64,000 nt of DNA from Elusimicrobiota bacterium. Lineage in GTDB: Bacteria; Elusimicrobiota; Elusimicrobia; Elusimicrobiales; UBA9959. Position 1 is the first letter of the stretch; every line of letters starts with the position of its first letter. The stretch spans positions 1-64,000 of the forward strand of contig JAAYVI010000117.1 in the NCBI GenBank assembly GCA_012517235.1, in the 5' to 3' direction. Of the stretch, positions 28,336 to 38,181 are shown one piece after another. Below the pieces are notes generated by a model. That model worked only from the letters and a program-made list of their open reading frames with translations. It made no database searches and was not told where the DNA came from. A program made the translations under genes and the position numbers.

Positions 28336-29082
28336 ATGGAAAACATATTAAGCGGAGCATTTGCGTCTTTTGCGGCGGGAATGGCCACTTTATTGGGCGC
28401 TTTGCCCGTTTTTTTTCTTAAAAAAGAGCTTTCTCATAAGTCGTATTCCGCCATGCTGGGTATCTCGGGCGGGATAATGCTGGCCGCTACTTTTTTTAGC
28501 CTTCTTATCCCGGCCATAGAAAGAGGCGGGGCTTATACCGCGGCGGCGGGATTCCTTTCGGGAGTTCTATTTATAGAACTTGCCGCAAGGTTTATACCTC
28601 ACGAACATTTTTTTAAAGGCAAAGAAGGTCCGAAGGCTAACATAAAAAGAATAGTTCTTTTCGCTCTGGCCATAACCATACATAATTTTCCCGAAGGGAT
28701 GAGCGTAGGAGTCGCTTGGGCCTTGCCGGAAAGAGCCAAAGCTATGTCTTTGGCTTTCGGCATAGGAATACAGAATATCCCCGAAGGAGCTTCCATAGCT
28801 CTTCCTCTTTTGGCTTTGGGTTATTCTCCCGCTTATTGTTTTTTTATTTCTTTTTTAAGCGCCGTAGTCGAACCCGTAGGCGGACTTATAGGCATTACCG
28901 CCGTAACTTTTTTTTCTTCTTTTTTGCCTTTCGCTCTGGCTTTTGCTTCCGGATGTATGCTTTATGTGATAAGCGGAGAAATGATACCGGAATCTCACGA
29001 AAAAGGTTACGGCAAATTGGCTACATGGTGGCTTGTGATAGGTTTTGTGATAATGATGCTTTTGGATAATCTTTTCGGATAA
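28336..29082 (+). CDS. zupT: ZIP-family zinc transporter
   Basis: HNFPEGMSVG and GIQNIPEG motifs; 248 aa. Confidence 0.85.
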   Translation: MENILSGAFASFAAGMATLLGALPVFFLKKELSHKSYSAMLGISGGIMLAATFFSLLIPAIERGGAYTAAAGFLSGVLFIELAARFIPHEHFFKGKEGPKANIKRIVLFALAITIHNFPEGMSVGVAWALPERAKAMSLAFGIGIQNIPEGASIALPLLALGYSPAYCFFISFLSAVVEPVGGLIGITAVTFFSSFLPFALAFASGCMLYVISGEMIPESHEKGYGKLATWWLVIGFVIMMLLDNLFG

Positions 29083-29084
29083 TT

Positions 29085-30350
29085 ATGAAACTTCTATTAT
29101 TTTTATTTTTTATTCCTTCCTTATGGGCCGAAAAATACGATATCGACTCTTATGTGAAAAAAGTTTTGTCCGTATCTAACGAAATAAAGTATTACGAAGA
29201 AAATTTACAATTGAAGAAGAAGGCTTCGGCTTCCGCTTTTGCGGCTTTGTATATTCCTTCGGCGTATTATAAATTTTCTTCGGACTTATACTCTTCTTCA
29301 AAGAAGAATTTTTCGCTTCAAAAAGATTATTCTTCTTCGGATTTGGTGTTTTCATACGACATTTTTTCAAACCTCTCTTCGAGTTTTGATTTTAAAAAAT
29401 CAAAAATAGAACTCGATTCGGCTAATAGAGATTTATGGCTTAAAAAACAGGAAGTAATTTATTCGGCAATGAAAAAATACTGCGACGCTTTGAAATATGC
29501 CAAACTTCTGGAAGTCAATAAAGCTTCGGAAAAGTCTTATGCCGACGAATACGAAAAAGCTTCGCAATATTACAAAGAAGGGCTTAGAAGTTATTCCGAT
29601 TTGCTTAAATCCAAATTGAACTATAAAAATGCAAAACTGTATTCTGTTTATTCCGAGAACGCTTATAAAAGCTCTTTAATGGAGCTTAATTACGGAATAT
29701 ACGAAGATCCTTTAAACAAAAACGAATTGTCGGATATTTCGCAGGAATTTTTGGAAAAACAACTCGGATACGAAGAAGCGGTAAAATATGCCGTAGAAAA
29801 TAGGAAAGAACTTCAAAACCTTAAAGCCGAAGAAAAATATTTGATATTGGAACTTAAAAAAAAGACGGGAGATTATTTGCCTCTTTTGAATCTTTCAGCT
29901 CAGTATTCCAGAGGAGGTATTTTTAATTTTTCTCCGGCGCCTTCGCCTAAAGAATCTTATCTTTTAAATCTGTCTTTAAAAATTCCTTTCGGCTCGGAAC
30001 TTTTCTCCAAAAGCGAAAATTATAATTTGGCTTATACGGCTCTCGAAAGAAAAAAAAGAGAGATAGCCGAATACGAACTTAAAATTAAAAAAGAAGTTTT
30101 GATATTGGTTTTGGAATTGGATTATGCTCTGGAAAAATACGAGGTTTCGAAAACAAATTCGGAAATTTCAAAAAATAATTTGGAAATAATAAAGCAAAAA
30201 TACGGCGAAGGCAAAGCTTCGGTACTGGAACTTATAGAAGCTCAGAAAGACGATTTGTCGGCTCAAAGCCAATTGGCGGAATCGTTCTACGACTTATATC
30301 TTAAGAGAGCCGAATATAAAAAAGCTTTGGGAATAGATTTGGAGAGATAA
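29085..30350 (+). CDS. TolC-like outer-membrane efflux protein
   Basis: signal peptide; two coiled-coil-rich halves; first gene of an efflux operon. Confidence 0.75.
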   Translation: MKLLLFLFFIPSLWAEKYDIDSYVKKVLSVSNEIKYYEENLQLKKKASASAFAALYIPSAYYKFSSDLYSSSKKNFSLQKDYSSSDLVFSYDIFSNLSSSFDFKKSKIELDSANRDLWLKKQEVIYSAMKKYCDALKYAKLLEVNKASEKSYADEYEKASQYYKEGLRSYSDLLKSKLNYKNAKLYSVYSENAYKSSLMELNYGIYEDPLNKNELSDISQEFLEKQLGYEEAVKYAVENRKELQNLKAEEKYLILELKKKTGDYLPLLNLSAQYSRGGIFNFSPAPSPKESYLLNLSLKIPFGSELFSKSENYNLAYTALERKKREIAEYELKIKKEVLILVLELDYALEKYEVSKTNSEISKNNLEIIKQKYGEGKASVLELIEAQKDDLSAQSQLAESFYDLYLKRAEYKKALGIDLER

Positions 30351-30351
30351 A

Positions 30352-31272
30352 ATGAAGAAAAAATATATATATGCGATTATTTCGGTTTTATTAATATCCG
30401 CGGCTTATTTTTTATATCCGATTTATAAAAAATATTCCGTAGTGGAAGCCGAGATAGAAAAAGCCCAGGCATATAAGGGCGACATAGAAGTTACTTTCCA
30501 GGACATAGGCGACATAAGTCCTAAAAATGTGATAGAAATTAGGTCTTTGGCGTCTGGAGAACTTAAAGAAGTATTGGTCAGAGAAGGCGATTTTGTAAAA
30601 AAAGGTCAAAAGCTGGCCGTAGTTTTGCCCGGCCAAAGCGCGGCGGATAAGTTTATGCCGGTTGAAGTTTTAAGTCCGATAGACGGAACGGTTTTAAAAT
30701 GCGAGGGACAGGGATATTACGACGAACCTGAAATAAAAAAACCGGGCGAAAGAGTAACCGGAGCAAGCGATTATAATCCGACTTGCATAATGAAGGTGGC
30801 CGATTTGAAAGAAATGATAGTAAAACTCGAAGTAGGCGAATCGGAAGTTATGAAGCTTAGAAAAGGAATGCCGGTATCTATTTTTGCCGAAGCGGCTAAG
30901 AAAAATTTCAAAGGCAGAGTTTCGGTAGTTTCTCCTAATGCCAAAAAAGAAAGAAACGGCGGGGTAAAGACTTTTCCCGTAGAAATAGAAATATTAGGAA
31001 ATCCAAATGTGCTTCCCGGTATGACGGCCAGAGTAAGCGCGGTGCTTGAAACCAAAAAAAATGTTCTTTTAATTCCGATATCGGGCGTATTCGAATCCAA
31101 AGGCAGAAATTTTGTTTATCTTTATAACGATAAAACACGCAAAGCTATTAAAACTTTCGTAACTTTGGGCATAAGAAACGAAATGGAAGCCGAAGTCCTT
31201 TCCGGTTTGAAAGAGGGCGACAGCGTGTATACGGATAAACCTTTAAACATAGAAAATGATAAAGTGTCTTAA
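30352..31272 (+). CDS. periplasmic adaptor (HlyD/MacA-type membrane fusion protein)
   Basis: N-terminal TM anchor and beta-rich lipoyl/barrel-like regions; lies between the TolC-like and ABC genes. Confidence 0.7.
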   Translation: MKKKYIYAIISVLLISAAYFLYPIYKKYSVVEAEIEKAQAYKGDIEVTFQDIGDISPKNVIEIRSLASGELKEVLVREGDFVKKGQKLAVVLPGQSAADKFMPVEVLSPIDGTVLKCEGQGYYDEPEIKKPGERVTGASDYNPTCIMKVADLKEMIVKLEVGESEVMKLRKGMPVSIFAEAAKKNFKGRVSVVSPNAKKERNGGVKTFPVEIEILGNPNVLPGMTARVSAVLETKKNVLLIPISGVFESKGRNFVYLYNDKTRKAIKTFVTLGIRNEMEAEVLSGLKEGDSVYTDKPLNIENDKVS

Positions 31273-31924
31273 CTTAAAAAAGATATATCCTTTAAAATCC
31301 GCGCTGGGTTATGCGGCTTTGAAAGGAATAAACATAGAAATAAGAAAAGGGGAATTTGCCGCAGTTTGCGGACCTTCCGGCTGCGGAAAATCGACATTGC
31401 TTAACATACTCGGATTTTTGGACATACCTACGGAAGGAAAATACTTTTTCATGGGAGAGGACGCAAGCTCTTTTTCCGATTCCAAAAGGTCTTTTTTAAG
31501 GAGAAAAAAAGCGGGTTTTGTCTTTCAGTCTTTTAATCTTTTGCCCAAGCTTAGCGTAATAGAAAACGCCATGCTTCCCCTTTTATATCTGGGAGTATCG
31601 AGAAAAGACGCTCATAAGAAGGCATATTCTTTATTGGAAAGAGTAGGCCTTTCCTCTAAATCCGAAAATGACATAATGGAGCTTTCCGGCGGAGAAAGGC
31701 AGAGGGTCGGTCTGGCGAGGGCTTTATCCAATGATCCGGAAATCTTATTGGCCGACGAGCCGACAGGGAATCTGGATTCGGAGAACTCTTTGCAGGTTTT
31801 AACTCTTTTGACGGAAATAAATAAAGAAAGAAAAATGACGGTTATAATGGTTACTCACGATATGAAACTTGCGGCAAAGGCCGAAAGAATAATAAAAATA
31901 AAAGACGGAGAGATTCAAGAATGA
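31256..31924 (+). CDS. ABC transporter ATP-binding protein (MacB/LolD type)
   Basis: Walker A GPSGCGKST; ABC signature LSGGERQRVGLARA; Walker B LLADEPTGNLD. Confidence 0.9.
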   Translation: MIKCLNLKKIYPLKSALGYAALKGINIEIRKGEFAAVCGPSGCGKSTLLNILGFLDIPTEGKYFFMGEDASSFSDSKRSFLRRKKAGFVFQSFNLLPKLSVIENAMLPLLYLGVSRKDAHKKAYSLLERVGLSSKSENDIMELSGGERQRVGLARALSNDPEILLADEPTGNLDSENSLQVLTLLTEINKERKMTVIMVTHDMKLAAKAERIIKIKDGEIQE

Positions 31925-33216
31925 GATTTTCCGAAATTTTAAGAATAGCTTTGATAGAAATAAAAGCTCACAAAATGCGTTCTTTTTTGAGTTTTTTTTC
32001 CATTTCCATAGGCGTAATTTCCATAATGTATACTTTGACTTTAATATACTCGATGAATTATAGGCTTAAAAAAGCCATAGAGGTAGCGGGCCCCGGAAGA
32101 ATAAACGTAGAGCTAAAAAAAAGATGGGAAGCTCAAAGCGATATGGAAAAAAAACAAGGCAGAGAAGCTTTGACATATCAGGATGCGGCCGCTTTGTCCA
32201 GAGTTTTCCCGCAATTGTATATGGTTTCTCCGTATATGGATAAATGGGTCGAGTTCTCGGACGGCTATTTCAGCGATTATATAGGAGTAAGAGGCATAAC
32301 TCCGCAGTGGAAAAAGAGGGGATGGGTTTATAAGCTTAAAGGCAGATTTATAAACGAATACGACGTGCAAAACGCGCAAAGAGTATGCGTTATAGTAAAA
32401 GAGGGGGGATGGATAAAAAAGCCAAAATGGATGAAATTTTATTCTTATAAAGATCCTTTGCAAAATTACGTGAAACACAGCGAACTTTTGGGAAAAACAA
32501 TAAAACTCGGCAGCGGATTATTTAAAGTGGTCGGAATACTCGAAGAACCTCCCGCAGAAAAAAATCCGAGAAGTTTCGTCGGAGTAGGAATGTGGGAACC
32601 TAAAGTTTTGGTGCCTTTAAGTACGGCTCAAAAATTCTTATCGGGCTGGAGCGAGTTAGGTTCCGACGATATAGACGGAATACACGTGGATACCGGCGAT
32701 CCGCAAACGATAGAAAAATATAAAAGATTGATAGAAGAAACTCTAAAGTCTTTACACGGTAAAAAACTCCTTTTTAACATAAAAGATTACAGAGAAATAA
32801 TGAAAGACCAAATGGCCGATAAAAAAAGAGATATGCTTACCGTTATGATAATAGGAGCAATAGCCATTTTGGCCGGCGGCATAGGAATAATGAACGTATC
32901 TCTGGCGGCAATTTATTCCAGAATAAAAGAAATAGGCGTAAGAAGGGCCATAGGGGCGGATAAAAAAGATATTATGCTTCAATTTATGACCGAGGCCATG
33001 CTTTTGGGTTTTTTCGGCGGTTTGGCGGGAGTAATAGTCGGATTTATAGGAATTCAATACTTAGCTTATAAAGGCGATCAAAATATGGCCATGCTTTCGT
33101 GGTGGATGCCTTTGGCGGCGATTGCCGCCGCGGTATTTACCGGTTTTGCGGCTTCGATATATCCGGCAAAAACGGCCGCCAATCTGGACCCCATAGAAGC
33201 TTTGAGATACGAATAA
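31921..33216 (+). CDS. ABC transporter permease, FtsX/MacB type
   Basis: N-terminal TM segment, large periplasmic domain, C-terminal three-TM FtsX-like region. Confidence 0.8.
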   Translation: MRFSEILRIALIEIKAHKMRSFLSFFSISIGVISIMYTLTLIYSMNYRLKKAIEVAGPGRINVELKKRWEAQSDMEKKQGREALTYQDAAALSRVFPQLYMVSPYMDKWVEFSDGYFSDYIGVRGITPQWKKRGWVYKLKGRFINEYDVQNAQRVCVIVKEGGWIKKPKWMKFYSYKDPLQNYVKHSELLGKTIKLGSGLFKVVGILEEPPAEKNPRSFVGVGMWEPKVLVPLSTAQKFLSGWSELGSDDIDGIHVDTGDPQTIEKYKRLIEETLKSLHGKKLLFNIKDYREIMKDQMADKKRDMLTVMIIGAIAILAGGIGIMNVSLAAIYSRIKEIGVRRAIGADKKDIMLQFMTEAMLLGFFGGLAGVIVGFIGIQYLAYKGDQNMAMLSWWMPLAAIAAAVFTGFAASIYPAKTAANLDPIEALRYE

Positions 33217-33711
33217 CTATTTTGAAGAAGAGCCTTTTACGGTAGGATATCCTTTGGCTTTCCAATCTACTATGCCGCCTTTTATGTGATGTATGTCTTT
33301 AAATCCGAGTTCTTTCATCATTTCCAGAGCAAGTCCTGTCCTTCTTCCCGTTCTGCAGTATATAAGATATTTCGCGTTTTTATCCAATTCGTTTAATTTG
33401 GTTTTAAAGTCTTCGGCGTAAAAATCTATGTTATAAGAAACATTTTCAAGCCTTTCTTCTTCGTATTCCTGAGGAGTTCTTATGTCTATTATTATCGGAT
33501 TTTTGGAAATTATAAAATCGTAGGCCTCGTCTGCTCCGATTTCTATCGGCGTGGTGCAATTGCCGGGCTTTTCCTGCGAAAAAGAAAATTTTATTTCGCC
33601 AAGGTCGAAGGAAGAAAAAGAATTTCTGTTTATGTTTTCCAAAGACAGATAATTTGCTTTACAAAATGACGCATAGATAAAAAATAAAGCCAAAAATATT
33701 GCGATTTTCAT
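33217..33711 (-). CDS. secreted single-domain rhodanese (sulfurtransferase)
   Basis: signal peptide; active-site loop YCRTGRRT. Confidence 0.8.
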   Translation of the reverse strand: MKIAIFLALFFIYASFCKANYLSLENINRNSFSSFDLGEIKFSFSQEKPGNCTTPIEIGADEAYDFIISKNPIIIDIRTPQEYEEERLENVSYNIDFYAEDFKTKLNELDKNAKYLIYCRTGRRTGLALEMMKELGFKDIHHIKGGIVDWKAKGYPTVKGSSSK

Positions 33712-33719
33712 TTTTTCTC

Positions 33720-35465
33720 CTATTTATATATCGGTTCCAAACTCTTTGTCTCTATTTCTTTTTTAATCGAAGAAATAAATTCTTGAGTGTTTACGCCGAA
33801 TATGTTTTTATTGCCTTTAAGCCTGAGAGAAATATTTCCGCTTTCTTTTTCTTTTTTGCCCGCTACTATCAAGTAAGGTATTTTTTGAGAAGAAGCGTTT
33901 CTTATCTTGGCGTTTATCGTATCGTTGGATATGTCGGCTTCGGCTCTTATCCCTTCGGACAATAATTTGTCTTTTAAAGAAATAGCATAATCTTCTTCGT
34001 TGGAAGTTATATTTAGAATTCTCACCTGAACGGGAGCCAGCCATAGGGGAAAATTCCCGGCATAATGTTCTGTTAGCACGCCGAAGAATCTTTCCAACGA
34101 ACCTAAAAGCGCTCTATGAATCATATAAGGTCTGTGCTTTTTACCGTCGGATCCGGTATATTCCATATCGAATCTTTCGGGAAGATTAAAGTCGAATTGA
34201 ATGGTGGTTGTTTGCCATTCTCTTCCTATGGCGTCTTTTATTTTAAGATCTATTTTCGGTCCGTAAAAAGCGCCGCCGCCTTCGTCTTTTTCGTAGGGAA
34301 GTCCTTCTTTTTCCACCGCTTTCATTAAGCTTTTTTGCGCTTCTTCCCATCTCGACGGATCGCCTACCGCGTCATTTGGTCTTGTCGCTATATAAGCTTT
34401 GATTTCCGAAAAACCGAAAGTTTTCCAGATATTTAAACTAAATCTTAAAACTCTTAATGTTTCTTCTTCTACTTGCTCGGGAGAACATATTATGTGAGCG
34501 TCGTCCTGGGTAAATCCTCTGACTCTTAAAAGGCCGTGCAATACTCCCGCTTTTTCAAATCTATATACCGTGCCTAATTCGGCCCATCTCAAAGGCAAAT
34601 CTCTATAAGAGCGGGACGCGCTTTTATATACCTGTATGTGAAAAGGACAATTCATCGGCTTTACATAATATTGTATCTGGTCTATGTCCATAGGAGAATA
34701 CATGGAATCTTTGTAAAAATCCAGATGGCCGGATGTCTGCCAGAGATTGGCTCTTCCTATATGCGGAGTATAGATAAGTTCGTATCCGCCTTTGAAATGT
34801 TCGTTTTTCCAATAATTTTCTATCTCGTGGCGTATTCTTGCGCCTTTAGGATGCCAGAGTATGAGTCCCGGCCCGACGGTTTCGCTTACGGAGAAAAGAT
34901 CCAATTGTCTTCCCACTTTTCTATGATCTCTTTTCTCGGCTTCTTCCATTCTTTTCAAATATTCGTCCAATTCTTCTTTGGTTTCGAAAGCGACCCCGTA
35001 TATTCTCTGCAGCATCGGATTTTTTTCGCTGCCTCGCCAGTAGGCTCCGGCTATGGACATCAATTTAAAGTGCTTAAGCTGTCCCGTATGTTCCACATGA
35101 GGGCCTTTGCATAAATCTTCGAAATTTCCGTTTTTATATATAGTTATTTTTTCCGTTTCTGGCAAATCTTTTATTAGTTCTACTTTATAGTTTTCTCCCA
35201 GAGAAGAAAAATACTCCAGGGCTTTGCTTCTTTCTATTTCTCTGCTTTCGAATTTTTGAGCTTGAGCGGTTATATGCTTCATCTTTTTTTCTATCAGAGG
35301 CAAATCTTCCGGAACAAATCTATGCTCGCAATCGAAATCGTAATAAAATCCGGTTTCCGTGGCGGGGCCTATGCCTAACTTTACCGGTCCGAAAAGTTCT
35401 TTTACGGCTTGAGCCATTACATGAGAAAAGCTATGTCTTATTTTGTGAAGTTTGTCGTTTTCCAT
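33720..35465 (-). CDS. thrS: threonyl-tRNA synthetase lacking the N-terminal TGS domain
   Basis: begins directly in the editing domain (HSFSHVMAQAVKELFGPVKLGIGPATETGFYYDFD); class II core and anticodon-binding domain present; 581 aa. Confidence 0.9.
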   Translation of the reverse strand: MENDKLHKIRHSFSHVMAQAVKELFGPVKLGIGPATETGFYYDFDCEHRFVPEDLPLIEKKMKHITAQAQKFESREIERSKALEYFSSLGENYKVELIKDLPETEKITIYKNGNFEDLCKGPHVEHTGQLKHFKLMSIAGAYWRGSEKNPMLQRIYGVAFETKEELDEYLKRMEEAEKRDHRKVGRQLDLFSVSETVGPGLILWHPKGARIRHEIENYWKNEHFKGGYELIYTPHIGRANLWQTSGHLDFYKDSMYSPMDIDQIQYYVKPMNCPFHIQVYKSASRSYRDLPLRWAELGTVYRFEKAGVLHGLLRVRGFTQDDAHIICSPEQVEEETLRVLRFSLNIWKTFGFSEIKAYIATRPNDAVGDPSRWEEAQKSLMKAVEKEGLPYEKDEGGGAFYGPKIDLKIKDAIGREWQTTTIQFDFNLPERFDMEYTGSDGKKHRPYMIHRALLGSLERFFGVLTEHYAGNFPLWLAPVQVRILNITSNEEDYAISLKDKLLSEGIRAEADISNDTINAKIRNASSQKIPYLIVAGKKEKESGNISLRLKGNKNIFGVNTQEFISSIKKEIETKSLEPIYK

Positions 35466-35544
35466 AAATAAATTATAACATTTTGAGAAATCAAAGGGGG
35501 GAAATAGGGGCCGGTTTGATACGGCCCCGTATAGGATTTACGGA

Positions 35545-35715
35545 TTAATTTTCCGGTTCGAAATCCGCTTTTGTGACTCCGCAGACGGGACATACCCAGG
35601 TATCGGGTATTTTTTCGAAAGGAGTTCCCGGCGCTATATTGCTGTCGGGATCTCCTACCGCCGGATCATAAATGTATCCGCAGACTTTGCAGACATATCT
35701 TTTCATTTCGCTCAT
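35545..35715 (-). CDS. rubredoxin
   Basis: CKVCGY...CPVCG; start placed at MSEMKRY after a GGAGG ribosome-binding site. Confidence 0.85.
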   Translation of the reverse strand: MSEMKRYVCKVCGYIYDPAVGDPDSNIAPGTPFEKIPDTWVCPVCGVTKADFEPEN

Positions 35716-35732
35716 TTTTCCTCCGCTGTTTT

Positions 35733-36110
35733 TTAGGCCGCTTTCCAAAGGCCGTGAAGGTTGCAGTATTCTCTCGCTTCAACTTTTTCCGCTTTAACGC
35801 AAAAAAAAGCTTCCGGTTTTTCTCCGGGTTTTAGGAATTTTCTATGAGAAACTCCGTCGGCTATGAGTTCTATCCATTCTATGTAATGCTTGTCTTCCAT
35901 GGGATGAGCCACCGAACCGACTTTAACGAGATATCCTTCCGCCGTTTTTTCTATTACCGGCACGTGTTTTTCCTTCGCGCCGTCGGTAGTATTTTCTTTA
36001 AAGTATTTCATTTCTTTTCCGCAGCATACCAAAGCACCGGCTCCGGTGTGGAGAACTTCTACGATATTTCCGCATACTTCGCATTTGTAAATACCTTTTA
36101 ATTGAGTCAT
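35733..36110 (-). CDS. dfx: desulfoferrodoxin (two-iron superoxide reductase)
   Basis: N-terminal desulforedoxin CEVCGN...CCG followed by a neelaredoxin domain. Confidence 0.9.
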   Translation of the reverse strand: MTQLKGIYKCEVCGNIVEVLHTGAGALVCCGKEMKYFKENTTDGAKEKHVPVIEKTAEGYLVKVGSVAHPMEDKHYIEWIELIADGVSHRKFLKPGEKPEAFFCVKAEKVEAREYCNLHGLWKAA

Positions 36111-36119
36111 TTTTCCTCC

Positions 36120-36683
36120 TTAATTTTCTTGAGCTATTTCCTTTAAAGCTTTGAGGGCTTCTTCGTAATTTGGCTCTTGGGTAACTTCGGGAACTATTTG
36201 GACATATCTTATTACCGAATTTTTGTCGGCTATAAATATCGCTCTTGCCAAAAGACGAAGATCTTTTATCAAAACCCCGTAAGCCTTGCCGAATTCGGCT
36301 TTCATATAATCGGAATAAGTTTTAACTCTTTTTACGCCCGCGGCTCCGCACCAGCGAGATTGCGCGAAAGGTAAGTCCATGCTTATAGTAACAATCTCTA
36401 TTTCCGGAGAAAGTTTTTCCGCTTCGGAGTTAAATTTTCTCGTTTCCAAATCGCATACCGGAGTATCCAAAGAAGGAACCGAACTTATCAGAACGGTTTT
36501 GCCGGAATATGTCCTTTTAAATTTCATAGGCAGCATATCGTTGGCTATCACTTTAAAGTCCGGAGCCGGAGATCCTATATTTATTTCTTCGCCTTGAAGA
36601 ATCATAGGTCGGCCTTTCATCGTAACCGTTCTTTTTATTTCTTGAGATTCTCGATTCGAGTTTTCGTTTAAATTTTCTTCCAT
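36120..36683 (-). CDS. tpx: thiol peroxidase (Tpx-type peroxiredoxin) with N-terminal extension
   Basis: SVPSLDTPVCDLE motif. Confidence 0.85.
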   Translation of the reverse strand: MEENLNENSNRESQEIKRTVTMKGRPMILQGEEINIGSPAPDFKVIANDMLPMKFKRTYSGKTVLISSVPSLDTPVCDLETRKFNSEAEKLSPEIEIVTISMDLPFAQSRWCGAAGVKRVKTYSDYMKAEFGKAYGVLIKDLRLLARAIFIADKNSVIRYVQIVPEVTQEPNYEEALKALKEIAQEN

Positions 36684-36692
36684 TTTATCTCC

Positions 36693-37274
36693 TTACCAGT
36701 TTTCCGCAAGTAATTCGAAATAATCTTTGGGATGCGCGCAGGCGGGACAGGAAGCGGGAGCTTCCGTTCCTTCGTGTACATATCCGCAGTTAAGACATCT
36801 CCATTTTTCTTTTTTCTCTCTCTTGAAAACTTTTCCGGCCTCTATGTTTGCCGCTAATTCTTTGTATCTTTTCTCATGCTGTTTTTCCGCCACGGCTACG
36901 GCTTCGAAAACCTTGGATATGGTTTCAAATCCTTCTTCTTTTGCGGTTTTTGCAAAATCCGGATACATATGTCCCCATTCGTAACCTTCTCCTTCGGCGG
37001 CGTGAATGAGATTCGTTTTGGTATCTGCTATGGTCCCGGCGGGGAAAGCGGCATTTGCGTTTAGGTTAAGCTCTCCGCCTTCCAGAAATTTATAAAATCT
37101 TTTTGCATGTTCTTTTTCCTGTTCGGCGGTTTCTTCGAATATTTTGGATATCTGAACATATCCTTCTTTTTTGGCAACAGAAGAGTAGAAGGTATATCTG
37201 TTGCGGGCCTGAGATTCTCCCGCAAAAGCGGTAAGAAGATTTTTTTCGGTTTTCGTTCCTTTTATAGACGGCAT
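36693..37274 (-). CDS. rbr: rubrerythrin
   Basis: diiron ferritin-like ExxH motifs plus C-terminal rubredoxin-like CLNCGY...CPACAHP. Confidence 0.9.
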   Translation of the reverse strand: MPSIKGTKTEKNLLTAFAGESQARNRYTFYSSVAKKEGYVQISKIFEETAEQEKEHAKRFYKFLEGGELNLNANAAFPAGTIADTKTNLIHAAEGEGYEWGHMYPDFAKTAKEEGFETISKVFEAVAVAEKQHEKRYKELAANIEAGKVFKREKKEKWRCLNCGYVHEGTEAPASCPACAHPKDYFELLAENW

Positions 37275-37363
37275 TTTGCCTCCGTATTAGAGTATAAACG
37301 ACTCTGCTTAGAATTTTATACCGATTTCCCTTAATAATATTTTAGCAATTTGCGAAAATAAAA

Positions 37364-38122
37364 TCATTTAAAATTTTTAAGTATGCCTGTTCTCGTTATT
37401 GAGAAATCGTATTTAACCGGATCTTGCGGATTTATTTTTCTAAAAAAAGAAGTTATCTCTTCGGCCGTTTTCATTGAGCCGTCTTTTCTTTTTGTTATGC
37501 CTAATTTTTGAGAAATAGAAAGCATGTGGGTATCCAGAGGTATTATAAGACCTTTGGGAGAAATATTTTTCCAAACGCCCAAATCTATTTTATCTTTTCT
37601 TATCATCCATCTGAGATATAAGTTAAACCTTTTGAAAGAACTTTTCTTTTCGGGACAAGGAGTAAGCGTAGGCGCGCAGGCGGAATAGTTTAATTCGTTG
37701 ACAAATCTATATAAACAGCCTATATAATTTTTTTCTTCTTCTCTTATGTTTTTTACGAATAGATTTTCCAGAGTTCCGTATTTGATCAGTACTTTTTTGA
37801 TGTTTATTAGAAATACGGTCAATTCTCCTCCGGTAGTAAATCTATGTTTGAAACTTAAAAAATCTTTCGCTATTTCATGATTTTTTTTCTTTTCGAGATA
37901 AAGGCGCGGTGATTTTCCCATAACTAAAAAAACTTTACCGAGAGATTTTAGTATTTGCTTTACATTGCCGTAAGCCAGAGAAGATGCTATCAATCCGGCT
38001 ATTTCCGCGTCCAAATGATTTTTTTCGTAGTTATAGACCAGACTTATGGGGTCGCTGAAAGCATAAGAACGGTTATTGTATTTTTTATAAAGATTTTCAA
38101 AAAAAGCTTTGTCGGCAAGCAT
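37364..38122 (-). CDS. DUF2400/TIGR02757-like conserved hypothetical protein
   Basis: about 250 aa with LIIPLDTH motif; family assignment is from memory. Confidence 0.5.
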   Translation of the reverse strand: MLADKAFFENLYKKYNNRSYAFSDPISLVYNYEKNHLDAEIAGLIASSLAYGNVKQILKSLGKVFLVMGKSPRLYLEKKKNHEIAKDFLSFKHRFTTGGELTVFLINIKKVLIKYGTLENLFVKNIREEEKNYIGCLYRFVNELNYSACAPTLTPCPEKKSSFKRFNLYLRWMIRKDKIDLGVWKNISPKGLIIPLDTHMLSISQKLGITKRKDGSMKTAEEITSFFRKINPQDPVKYDFSITRTGILKNFK

Positions 38123-38181
38123 AGAGAAATTATATCAAAACGGCGGGCCGAACCGGCCCGCCGTTTCTTTTTAGGGAAGGA

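Noticed and set aside
34638-35114. 158-aa plus-strand ORF inside thrS
   Set aside because: It lies antisense within the threonyl-tRNA synthetase catalytic-core coding region and has no independent support.
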